Below, in pieces: positions 9,532 to 17,699 of a stretch of 26,201 bases of DNA. Location: IMG/VR virus record IMGVR_UViG_3300020403_002640, positions 1-26,201 of that record, one strand, 5' to 3'. Within the stretch, counting starts at the first letter, position 1, and each line of letters begins with the position of its first letter. Made by a program: the position numbers and the translations under genes. The notes below the pieces were generated by a model. That model ran no database searches and had not been told where the DNA came from. It worked only from the letters and a program-made list of their open reading frames with translations. The DNA is from a virus. Its lineage: Duplodnaviria > Caudoviricetes.

Positions 9532-10504
9532 TTATATTTTGTCCATATCCGCTACTACTTTGAAACTGCCTACCACATGTTCTACCACAAGTGTAAATTC
9601 TTTCTTCTACATTTTTCCAAGAATTGTACAAATGATTTTGATAAAATTGATGTTCTAAAACATTCCATCCATACTTTCTTAAATTATAAAATTCTTTTCC
9701 ATATTTGTCAAACACTTTTTCCATTTGTCTCCATGCTGGTGGATCATGGGCACCAAACCAACAACAAGGCATTAAGTTCATATCATAATCAATAAAAACT
9801 TTACGTTCAAGTTTTGCTTTACATAAAATATCTGTTTCTTTTGTATAATTAACGAAACTTTTATAATCGCTTAATATGCTTTTTATTTTTTTCTTGTGTA
9901 TTTTACTACTTACTTTAACAAAATCTTTTGTATCAACTTTAGCCATTAGTTCTCTAGTGCTATATTTAATTTTAAATTTATTAAATCCCATTTCTATTGA
10001 AAGTTTTCTTGCTTCGTCAACTTGATGATGATTATGTTCAAATACAATAAAATGCCATTCAGCATTTCCTCCTGCATTTATATATGATGATGCATTTGAT
10101 ATTATTTTATCAAAATCACTGTTTATCCTATATATTGCATTTGTATCATGTAATCCGTCTATACTAAACACAACTACATTTTTGTTTGACTTTTTTGCAA
10201 AATTATGCCACCAATCTTTTGTGCGTAAACTACCATTTGTTGCTATTTTACATTGCGAGATTTTATCAATATAAAAATCATAAGTTTCATCAAATGTTGG
10301 ACTTGCTAAAGCATCACCATAGTTACCACAATGAAAAAATTTTACACTATCAAAAGGTTCTAATATAATTTTGTAATCGTTAATTGTAAGATCTTTTTTT
10401 GAAATTGGATTTACAGTTCTTGCACATTGAGGACATGCAAGATTACATCTACTTGTATGATCTAATTGAATAGTTTTTATATTTTGTAAATCTAAAAAAT
10501 TCAT
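9521..10504 (-). CDS. Radical SAM protein with C-terminal twitch/SPASM-type domain
   Basis: CNLACPQC, CGNYGDA, ATNGS, FSIDGL and HNHHQV; C-terminal C...LMPCC...CGRTC. Confidence 0.92.
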   Translation of the reverse strand: MNFLDLQNIKTIQLDHTSRCNLACPQCARTVNPISKKDLTINDYKIILEPFDSVKFFHCGNYGDALASPTFDETYDFYIDKISQCKIATNGSLRTKDWWHNFAKKSNKNVVVFSIDGLHDTNAIYRINSDFDKIISNASSYINAGGNAEWHFIVFEHNHHQVDEARKLSIEMGFNKFKIKYSTRELMAKVDTKDFVKVSSKIHKKKIKSILSDYKSFVNYTKETDILCKAKLERKVFIDYDMNLMPCCWFGAHDPPAWRQMEKVFDKYGKEFYNLRKYGWNVLEHQFYQNHLYNSWKNVEERIYTCGRTCGRQFQSSSGYGQNINEI

Positions 10505-11589
10505 TTGAATTGTTCAGCAAATGGGTCAAATTCTGTGCCACACTTCATTGCACATACGCCTAACTTTCCATTTTTCACACTATTTATATTCCAACTATCA
10601 GAAATACTTTCAAGAAGTTTGCCTTCCATCACATCTTGTAAATCATTACGTATTACGTCTATGCCTTCTTTTCCGCCTGCGGCATCTATATGTTCCCACA
10701 CTTGTTCAATACGATAATCAGCATGCCACCATTTGTACATACGTCCAGCAACCCAACAACAAGGCATTAATAAACCTTCTGCTGTGATGAATATATTTTT
10801 TTCTTCTGCTACTTTACATTTTATACTACATCTATCATAATAGTCTTTCATACTACCATATGATTTTGTAATTTCTTTTTCTTTTAAAAGTGCTAAATTT
10901 ATATTTTCTTTTTTCTTTGGCTTTGCTAAATTTTGTGTTTTTTCTCCTTTACGATTTTTGGCTTGATGTGTTTCCTTGCCTGTAAGTTGAGCAGTACTAA
11001 AAAATCTACCAGTTTTCTTTTTAATAAATTTTTCACAACCCCATGTATTAGCAAGATTTTCTGCTTCTTCAACTTGATGTTCGTTATGTTGAAATATTAT
11101 AAAATCCCATCTTGCACGGCCTCCAGCATCTATAAATGCTTTCATATTGCGTTCTACATTATCCCAATTTACATTCTGTCTATATAAATGATTTGTATCA
11201 CGTAATCCGTCTACACTAAAAATTACTGCTCCCATACGCCCAAATACATATGCTAATTCTTCCCACCATTGAGTTGATTTTGCTCCTGCATTTGTATTCA
11301 TACTTAGCCACATGTTAGGATTGTGTTGTCTAAAATATTTAAAAACTTCTAAAGTGTCTTTGGCAACAATAGGATCTCCTAAGTTTCCACACATAAACAT
11401 TGTTTTTAATTGTGAAATAAATTCTGGTTTGAAAATACGTTTGCAATCTTGTATGGATAATTCTGCATTTGTAATGTGCGGGTTATCTGCACCACCATTC
11501 ATATTGCGATCACACATAGGACATGCCGCTTGACATTTTTGTGTGATTTCTAAATGAACTGTGTTAATATCTTGGTATCTATACATCAT
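10501..11589 (-). CDS. Radical SAM protein with C-terminal twitch/SPASM-type domain
   Basis: CQAACPMC, CGNLGDP, NTNAG, FSVDGL and HNEHQV; C-terminal C...GLLMPCC...CAMKC. The start may be 11586. Confidence 0.93.
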   Translation of the reverse strand: MMYRYQDINTVHLEITQKCQAACPMCDRNMNGGADNPHITNAELSIQDCKRIFKPEFISQLKTMFMCGNLGDPIVAKDTLEVFKYFRQHNPNMWLSMNTNAGAKSTQWWEELAYVFGRMGAVIFSVDGLRDTNHLYRQNVNWDNVERNMKAFIDAGGRARWDFIIFQHNEHQVEEAENLANTWGCEKFIKKKTGRFFSTAQLTGKETHQAKNRKGEKTQNLAKPKKKENINLALLKEKEITKSYGSMKDYYDRCSIKCKVAEEKNIFITAEGLLMPCCWVAGRMYKWWHADYRIEQVWEHIDAAGGKEGIDVIRNDLQDVMEGKLLESISDSWNINSVKNGKLGVCAMKCGTEFDPFAEQFK

Positions 11590-11950
11590 TATCCCAATGC
11601 ATTACACTATTTTTTTGATATAGATATTCGGAAATCATTTTACTCCAATCATCTATGTAAAATCTATAATGTGCAGTTGTTCCTACTGTACTTATGCTTA
11701 CCCTCATAAAAGGTTTACAAGGTTTTTTCTTAGGTCTAGGACCTCTGCTCTTTTTTTCTATTAACCAATAAGTGTTACTTAACTCACTTTCAAATTCCAT
11801 ATAATCATCTTGACAGGAAATTATTTTTTCAAATTCTGTAATTTTTAAATTATATTGATTTGCAAGATAAGAAGTAACAAAAAAACTTAAACTTACCATA
11901 TTTTTATTTTTAAAAAGATATATCTTAATAGGTTTGTCAAATTTATTCAT
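11579..11950 (-). CDS. Hypothetical protein
   Basis: Fills the operon gap and overlaps both neighbours. The ATG at 11950 overlaps the upstream stop and is preferred over the TTG at 11959. Confidence 0.65.
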   Translation of the reverse strand: MNKFDKPIKIYLFKNKNMVSLSFFVTSYLANQYNLKITEFEKIISCQDDYMEFESELSNTYWLIEKKSRGPRPKKKPCKPFMRVSISTVGTTAHYRFYIDDWSKMISEYLYQKNSVMHWDNDV

Positions 11951-12167
11951 CGTATACAAGTTTTATTTTTTTACCAGGACCAGTTTCACTAGGAAGTCCT
12001 CCATATTCAGTAATATACCATCTAAGTACGGCTTTATACCAATTTTGGCTGTTATGATGGGCTTGCTTGTTGAATTGCCAAATATTATTATTTGTGGCTT
12101 GCATAGTTGCTAAAGCCCTAGCACTTTCTCTTTGTAATGTTCTTACATCAAACTTATCGAATTCCAA
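11943..12167 (-). CDS. Small hypothetical protein (74 aa)
   Basis: TTG start overlapping the methyltransferase stop, stop overlapping the next ATG, and a protein-like composition. Confidence 0.7.
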   Translation of the reverse strand: MEFDKFDVRTLQRESARALATMQATNNNIWQFNKQAHHNSQNWYKAVLRWYITEYGGLPSETGPGKKIKLVYDE

Positions 12168-13470
12168 TTTTCATAAACCTTGTATATTCATCTAAAGGTA
12201 ATTTGCCTTCAAATAAAACTTCTTGCATAGGACAATCTGCAGAAAAATCTTCTAATTTATTGTAAACATTTATATGCTCTTCAATTTCTTCAAAATTATT
12301 TGCTTGCATTATACACAACTTGCCTTCAGGTATCCTACCAAACCATTCTGCAAAAGATTTTATATGTTCACAACTTGTATTTATTACAGTATCAGGCACA
12401 TCTATTAAAGGTTGTACTGAACCGTCACGTTTGTAAACATCATATATACATCCTTGAAAATCTATATCATATATATCTTTGGTGCTTGCTTTAAATTTCC
12501 AATCCTCAGTCATCCAAGGTTTATTAAAAGTTTCTGCAATTTCCCAAACATCTGGATCTATATCGAAACTTCTAATTTTTTGTATTTTCAAACCTGCTTC
12601 AAACATCATTGCAGATAATGTAGCATACCAACCTGCACATAAAAATACAATTCCCAAATCTTTGTTTAGTTTTTTTAATTCATGTATTAACCACATTTTA
12701 CTTTTAATCTGTCCTCTACTGAGACAGTCTTTATCAAATTTGATATCTAGCCTATGAAAATCTTTAAGTGAATATAATAATCTACTTTGTGTTCTTTCTT
12801 CTAATAATCTAAACATTGCAAATTTTTCATCTGCATATAAAAGTTTTCTTATATCTGCATGATCAATAATATTTAAAGTTGCATCGAGATTATCATCTAA
12901 AATTGCTTTTCTATAATCTTCTAACTCTGATGGTAAAAGATTAAATAGACTAATCATATTTTGATTAAGCATAATGTTTTTTAAATCAGTAATTAATCCT
13001 TCTAAAAAAGTTTTAGTTTTAATATTCATAAAAATAATTCTCCAAATACTATGAATATTTTCTTCAACTACTGCTTTTCTTAAATCTTCTATGTTATCTT
13101 TTAAAGATTGGTTTTCAATTAATCTAAATACACTATGTAAATTTTTTTCTAATACTGCTTTTCTAAACTCATCAATATCTATTTTAAATTCACATTCCTC
13201 TAATAGTCTAAAAAGACTGTGTAAATTAGACCCTAACATTACCTTTTTTAAATCTTCTAGTTTAGGATCTGCTCCATATTTTTCTTCTAACATACGAAAT
13301 AGACTATGAGGATTTTTAAATTCAACTGCTCTTCTTAAATTAGCATGTGTCCCAGAAATTTTAAAAATACTAGAAAGATCTCGATCTACATAAGAACGTC
13401 TTAAATTTTCAAAATATTCTACATCAGGATTTAGTATTTCAAATCGATCTAATATTTCATACACTTCCAT
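12154..13470 (-). CDS. Class I SAM-dependent methyltransferase-like protein with N-terminal helical repeats
   Basis: C-terminal VFLCAGWYA (motif I-like), IRSFDIDP (acidic motif II) and VINTSCEH. An AAGGAG SD precedes the ATG at 13470. Confidence 0.8.
   Translation of the reverse strand: MEVYEILDRFEILNPDVEYFENLRRSYVDRDLSSIFKISGTHANLRRAVEFKNPHSLFRMLEEKYGADPKLEDLKKVMLGSNLHSLFRLLEECEFKIDIDEFRKAVLEKNLHSVFRLIENQSLKDNIEDLRKAVVEENIHSIWRIIFMNIKTKTFLEGLITDLKNIMLNQNMISLFNLLPSELEDYRKAILDDNLDATLNIIDHADIRKLLYADEKFAMFRLLEERTQSRLLYSLKDFHRLDIKFDKDCLSRGQIKSKMWLIHELKKLNKDLGIVFLCAGWYATLSAMMFEAGLKIQKIRSFDIDPDVWEIAETFNKPWMTEDWKFKASTKDIYDIDFQGCIYDVYKRDGSVQPLIDVPDTVINTSCEHIKSFAEWFGRIPEGKLCIMQANNFEEIEEHINVYNKLEDFSADCPMQEVLFEGKLPLDEYTRFMKIGIR
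12796..13410 (-). repeat. Eight degenerate ~19-aa protein repeats, consensus EDLRKAVLxxNLHSLFRLL
   Basis: ENLRRSYVDRDLSSIFKI, ANLRRAVEFKNPHSLFRML, EDLKKVMLGSNLHSLFRLL, DEFRKAVLEKNLHSVFRLI, EDLRKAVVEENIHSIWRII, TDLKNIMLNQNMISLFNLL, EDYRKAILDDNLDATLNII, ADIRKLLYADEKFAMFRLL. Confidence 0.85.
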
Positions 13471-14494
13471 CAAATTTCTCCTTCAGCCAATCAAAATCAT
13501 TAATTTTAGCCAATGATTCTTTATCTTCTTTATGACGAGCACCAAATGCAGATCCAGCCTTTGCTCCCATTATAGCATATTTGCCAAATGGTTTATCTTC
13601 GCCTATAGTACACCAAGCATATAATCTTTTATTTGTTTCCTCATCTTTTTGTCTATCAATTACTTTACTGCTCAATTTACAACATTCTCTAAATGCACTT
13701 TTCCATGTGTTAAAAGGATCAGTATTAAAAGCAGTGGTATTACTAACTTTGTTTACTGCAACAAACTTGTCACTTATACTTGTGGTCATATCAGGTTTGC
13801 TTACATCCATGTTAATTGTTGCCTCACGTGGAAATAACTTAACCCCTCCATAACCGTATACTAATCCATTTATAGGATTGATACTTCTCCATACATGCAC
13901 AGCCTCTCTATTATGCCATTCAGGAAAATATGAAAAATTAAAGTAATCCATTATGTGTGCATCACCATCTACTATCCATACCATATCAGTATCACATTGT
14001 TTTGCGGCTTCAATATGTGCTTGATGTATACCTTTTACACCATGTACTCTTTTTGCTCTTGGAAATCTTTCTAGTAATCTAGCATAATTTTCATCTGCGT
14101 CTGGTTCTTGATAACTTATAAAAACTATATCAAAAAACTTTCCTTCTGGTTTACTTGCTAAAATATCGATTTTCTTTTTATGTATGTAAAATCTTGCTCT
14201 AATTTCACCAGGTCCATGATGAGAATTTTTTGGCATTAATGCTATACCATCATACTTGTCATCATTCAAAAATACATGAGTGTATTTTCCACTCCACATA
14301 TCAGGCTCATAATCAAACTTGAAATCTGGTTCTATAACTAGTTCTGGCCAAACAATCCATAAAAATTTTGTAAGACTTAATTTTTTAGCCTCAGGTACAC
14401 TCTCTGCACATCTTGCATTTGGAAATTTTGTAGAAAGCGACTTCCACGCACTACTATGTTCAGATTTATCGCCAATTAAAAATATATCAAACAT
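13457..14494 (-). CDS. GT-A fold glycosyltransferase-like protein with a degenerate N-terminal duplicate domain
   Basis: FDIVFISYQEP...AH..AAKQCDTDMVWIVDGD (DxD after a hydrophobic strand). Paralog of 19639-20562. Confidence 0.75.
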   Translation of the reverse strand: MFDIFLIGDKSEHSSAWKSLSTKFPNARCAESVPEAKKLSLTKFLWIVWPELVIEPDFKFDYEPDMWSGKYTHVFLNDDKYDGIALMPKNSHHGPGEIRARFYIHKKKIDILASKPEGKFFDIVFISYQEPDADENYARLLERFPRAKRVHGVKGIHQAHIEAAKQCDTDMVWIVDGDAHIMDYFNFSYFPEWHNREAVHVWRSINPINGLVYGYGGVKLFPREATINMDVSKPDMTTSISDKFVAVNKVSNTTAFNTDPFNTWKSAFRECCKLSSKVIDRQKDEETNKRLYAWCTIGEDKPFGKYAIMGAKAGSAFGARHKEDKESLAKINDFDWLKEKFDGSV

Positions 14495-14501
14495 ACTATT
14501 A

Positions 14502-14530
14502 GTTATACACTATTTTTTCTCAAATGTCAA
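14502..14530 (-). promoter_or_regulatory. Sigma70-type promoter for the leftward enzyme operon, likely leaderless transcript
   Basis: Minus strand TTGACA (14530-14525), 17-nt spacer, TATAAC (14507-14502), then 7 nt and the ATG at 14494, with no SD. Confidence 0.75.
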
Positions 14531-14536
14531 GAATAG

Positions 14537-14554
14537 AATAAATACAATAAGGAG
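14537..14554 (+). promoter_or_regulatory. T4-late-like promoter motif plus SD for the fibre gene
   Basis: AATAAATA at 14537-14544 (7/8 match to TATAAATA), then AAGGAG at 14549-14554 and the ATG at 14561. Confidence 0.5.
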
Positions 14555-14560
14555 ACTAAG

Positions 14561-15928
14561 ATGACAGAATTTATACCCGGCGAAAATGCTAGAATTAACA
14601 TAGTTGCAAACGATAGTTCCTTACTTGTGGACAGTTACAGTGGATATATTACAGGTAGCACTTTAGATGCTGAAGGCCAAATAATGGTTGATGTAAACAC
14701 TGGTAAAATTAAAGGAAAACAGTTAATTGGAGATGTTTACAGTAATGATGGCAAAAAGAAAATACTTAACGTAAGTCACACAGGAAGTGAAGCAACAATA
14801 GATGCTGATATCCTAGGATCAATAAAAGGTAATGTAGTAGCAAATGATGATACAGTTCTTGTAAATACTACATCACAACATGGCGACTTTAAAACTCTAA
14901 ATGTAGACACATTGACTGTAACGGCATGGATGGGAGATACCTTTGGTAAACATAAAGGACTTATTGATGCCCCAGATAAAGGTGCTATTGTTCAAAGTTT
15001 AAATGCACAAGTCATTGTAGGCACTGATGTTACAGCAAATAGTTTTCATAGTAATGATATGACAGGAAATTTGGTAGGAACATTTGACGGTGATTCTGTT
15101 GGAAAATTTACTGGTAAGATGTATGGAGAATTAAATGGAACATTTAATGGAACTGGTACAGGAACATGGACTGGTGACTTAACAGGTGATATTACAGATA
15201 CTAATGGCATAAAAATATTTACATATGATGATACTAATAAAAAGTTTGAAATAAACGGTATTATAAAACATAAATCTGGGTCTGTTGCACTTGATACAAG
15301 TTATGATGATACAAATGCTTTGTTTAACGGATTAGTAAGCGGTGCATATATAGATAGTGCAGGAAAAAAATTATTAGAAGATCAGCCTACAGGCGGAACT
15401 GTCATAGATTCTCCAACTACAAAAAAAGTACAAATAGGACACACAGACAATGCTGTAGAATTAAATGAATTTTTAACATCAAAAGTTGAAAAATATGCAG
15501 TAGAAACATTAAGTTCACAACACAAAACATTGGCCCATAGAGGAACTGCACAAAGCCCAACAGCAGTAAAACAAAGAGATCATTTATACATGGTTGCTAG
15601 TTGGGGTCATGATGGAAATGACTACAAATGGGCAGGAGCATGGGGTATGTTCCAAGATGATATAAAAACACATAACACAAGTTCAAGCAACATGCCAGGA
15701 AAATTTGGTGTGAGTTGTAGCGACGGTGTTAATCCTCCTATGTTGGATGCAGATACCACTTTAACATTTGATGGAGATGGTGTTCTTAAAGTTAAAGTTT
15801 GTCAAGTAGGCGAATTAAGTTCTAGCGAAAGAGATGCAGTATCAAGTAAAACTGGTATGATAATATTCAATAAAAGCACTGGAAAATTTCAAGGATATAC
15901 TGGTACAAAATGGGTTGACTTACACTAA
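14561..15928 (+). CDS. Tail fibre / virion fibre-like structural protein
   Basis: G/T/D/S-rich. Repeated DxxxLVD-like motifs, a period-4 Gly tract, HRGTAQSPTAV...GHDG and a C-terminal ERDA...GMIIFNKSTGKFQGY..WVDL motif of the kind seen in phage fibre proteins. Confidence 0.72.
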   Translation: MTEFIPGENARINIVANDSSLLVDSYSGYITGSTLDAEGQIMVDVNTGKIKGKQLIGDVYSNDGKKKILNVSHTGSEATIDADILGSIKGNVVANDDTVLVNTTSQHGDFKTLNVDTLTVTAWMGDTFGKHKGLIDAPDKGAIVQSLNAQVIVGTDVTANSFHSNDMTGNLVGTFDGDSVGKFTGKMYGELNGTFNGTGTGTWTGDLTGDITDTNGIKIFTYDDTNKKFEINGIIKHKSGSVALDTSYDDTNALFNGLVSGAYIDSAGKKLLEDQPTGGTVIDSPTTKKVQIGHTDNAVELNEFLTSKVEKYAVETLSSQHKTLAHRGTAQSPTAVKQRDHLYMVASWGHDGNDYKWAGAWGMFQDDIKTHNTSSSNMPGKFGVSCSDGVNPPMLDADTTLTFDGDGVLKVKVCQVGELSSSERDAVSSKTGMIIFNKSTGKFQGYTGTKWVDLH

Positions 15929-15943
15929 TTTTTCTGTTATAAT
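15915..15943 (+). promoter_or_regulatory. Sigma70-type promoter with extended -10
   Basis: TTGACT (15915-15920), 17-nt spacer ending TGt, TATAAT (15938-15943); AGGAG SD before the ATG at 15968. Confidence 0.78.
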
Positions 15944-15967
15944 GTAAAGTATATAATAGGAGAAATT

Positions 15968-16627
15968 ATGTCGCAACTATATTTTGGAATTGTACCCTAT
16001 GGTACTCTTTGTGATGTTTTTATAACAACTTTGACAAGATGGTCTGAAGATTGGCTTCAAACTTGTAAACCTGATATTACCGAAGATGGTCATTTAAAAT
16101 TTGTTGGAAAACACGAACAATACATTATAGACTTATCTCAAGGTAAGCCTATGGAGTTTAGAGATCAAGATTACACAGATAGATTTCATGAAATTGAAAA
16201 AGTATTAGAAGACGCAGGTAATAAAAAAGTTTGGATTGGAAATTTTAGTTCTAAACAAGCAAGACTAATTAAAAAATATTTTAAAGAGAAAGCAAAAACA
16301 ATAGGCATAAGTTATAATCCTAGCGATAGACAAATGGTTTTAGACAATGTTTTAAATTATTACGAAGAAACTTCTAATGTTGATAAAGAAACAAAATGGG
16401 TAACTTATCATAAAAAATATTATGCAGATAAGAAAAAATGGAACGATATGGTTCCAGCAAGTTTTAATCCTGATACAGAAGAAACAATATATTTAAGTGA
16501 TTTTTTTGTTCCTGATAATTTTATTAATTTTATAGAAACATTAGATGGGCCACGTAATGAAAAACAACTAGAATATTATTTTACATGGCTTTATAGAACT
16601 AAGGAGAGATTTAATGGAAGTAACTAA
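15968..16627 (+). CDS. Hypothetical protein
   Basis: 219-aa ORF with its own promoter and SD, overlapping the next gene. No confident motif. Confidence 0.8.
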   Translation: MSQLYFGIVPYGTLCDVFITTLTRWSEDWLQTCKPDITEDGHLKFVGKHEQYIIDLSQGKPMEFRDQDYTDRFHEIEKVLEDAGNKKVWIGNFSSKQARLIKKYFKEKAKTIGISYNPSDRQMVLDNVLNYYEETSNVDKETKWVTYHKKYYADKKKWNDMVPASFNPDTEETIYLSDFFVPDNFINFIETLDGPRNEKQLEYYFTWLYRTKERFNGSN

Positions 16628-17699
16628 AATACCAGGCTGTGGTAGATTTGGAGTTTTTATTGACGGTGTAGATTTTGATACAATGACAGATGACCAATGG
16701 ATTGAAATTGGAAAAATACATCTAAAAGAGTTAGTTACCATTATTAGAGGCACAAATTTAGATAAAATGTCTTATGCCAAATGGATGAGAAAATGGGGCA
16801 GAGATAGAATGACTTTTTGGGGTTTACTATTTCAAAAATATCCTTGGTGGAATGGTAGACTAGAAACAATTATGACAAATCCTGATGTGTCTGATGATGA
16901 TAAGAATAGCATATGGGGATTTATGAGAGTTCGCGAAGGAATGGGCCAAGAGATGGGTAACATTATTCGTGTAAGCGGTAAAAAAGATGATCAAGGAAAT
17001 CCTATTGGTATGTTTGCTGAAGGAGAACTTTTATGGCATAGTAACGAAAGTGGTAATATTGCATTTGCTCCTGGCGTTGCATTATTAGGTTTAGAAGGTA
17101 CAACAAAAAGTGCAACAGGATTTTTAACTACTGTAGATTATTATGAAAATGTAAGCGAAAGTTTTAGAAGCGAATTAGATGAAATGATAGTAATACATAA
17201 CTTTACGCCAGGAAAAATAAATCCCGGTTTAAATAGTTATCAAGATAATTTAATGTATAAGAATATGGCTCCTGAAGTAGATGCAGAAATTCCTATGGTA
17301 ATTAAAAGTCCTGGAGGACACACAGGACTACATTATAGTTTTAATACTGTTACAGGCATAAAAGGCATGAAACAAGAAGAAGCAGTAAAACTATTAGATG
17401 AAATTAGAAAAGGTGTAGAAACGGAAGAATACATATATGATCATTGGTATCAACAAGATGGTGATTTATGTCTATTTGACAATAGTATTACTCAACATAG
17501 AAGATTAGGAAGTACAGATAATAGACTTTGTTTACGATATCAATATGACTACACTAATTTGCAGGAAGGTAAACCTTGGATGCCTTATTTTCAACAACCC
17601 TATATAGGTCATTATATAGATCGTATTACATTTGTAACAAAAGCAATGCAAAATAAAGAATTTATATTACCTAAAGAAGAAGATTATGTGGCAAATTGA
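16614..17699 (+). CDS. TauD/TfdA-family 2OG-Fe(II) dioxygenase with atypical HxN motif
   Basis: FGVFIDGVD N-terminus, LLWHSNE, ATGFLTT, HWYQQDGDLCLFDNSITQHRR and RLCLR; AAGGAG SD. Confidence 0.88.
   Translation: MEVTKIPGCGRFGVFIDGVDFDTMTDDQWIEIGKIHLKELVTIIRGTNLDKMSYAKWMRKWGRDRMTFWGLLFQKYPWWNGRLETIMTNPDVSDDDKNSIWGFMRVREGMGQEMGNIIRVSGKKDDQGNPIGMFAEGELLWHSNESGNIAFAPGVALLGLEGTTKSATGFLTTVDYYENVSESFRSELDEMIVIHNFTPGKINPGLNSYQDNLMYKNMAPEVDAEIPMVIKSPGGHTGLHYSFNTVTGIKGMKQEEAVKLLDEIRKGVETEEYIYDHWYQQDGDLCLFDNSITQHRRLGSTDNRLCLRYQYDYTNLQEGKPWMPYFQQPYIGHYIDRITFVTKAMQNKEFILPKEEDYVAN

Noticed and set aside
4243-11090. 19-bp exact repeat acttgatgttcgttatgtt near 4243 and 11072, plus similar short matches among rSAM genes
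   Set aside because: It encodes the conserved HNEHQV motif in paralogous rSAM genes, so it is not a CRISPR repeat, att site or DGR template/variable pair.
8875-11589. Canonical queuosine/7-deazaguanine operon (QueC plus QueE)
   Set aside because: The neighbouring rSAMs are longer than QueE and carry auxiliary Cys domains that QueE lacks. No QueD, FolE or DpdA is visible in the window.
15968-16627. Sulfotransferase or kinase-like fold for the 219-aa protein
   Set aside because: Only a vague N-terminal strand-loop-helix resemblance; no P-loop or PAPS-binding motif is identifiable.
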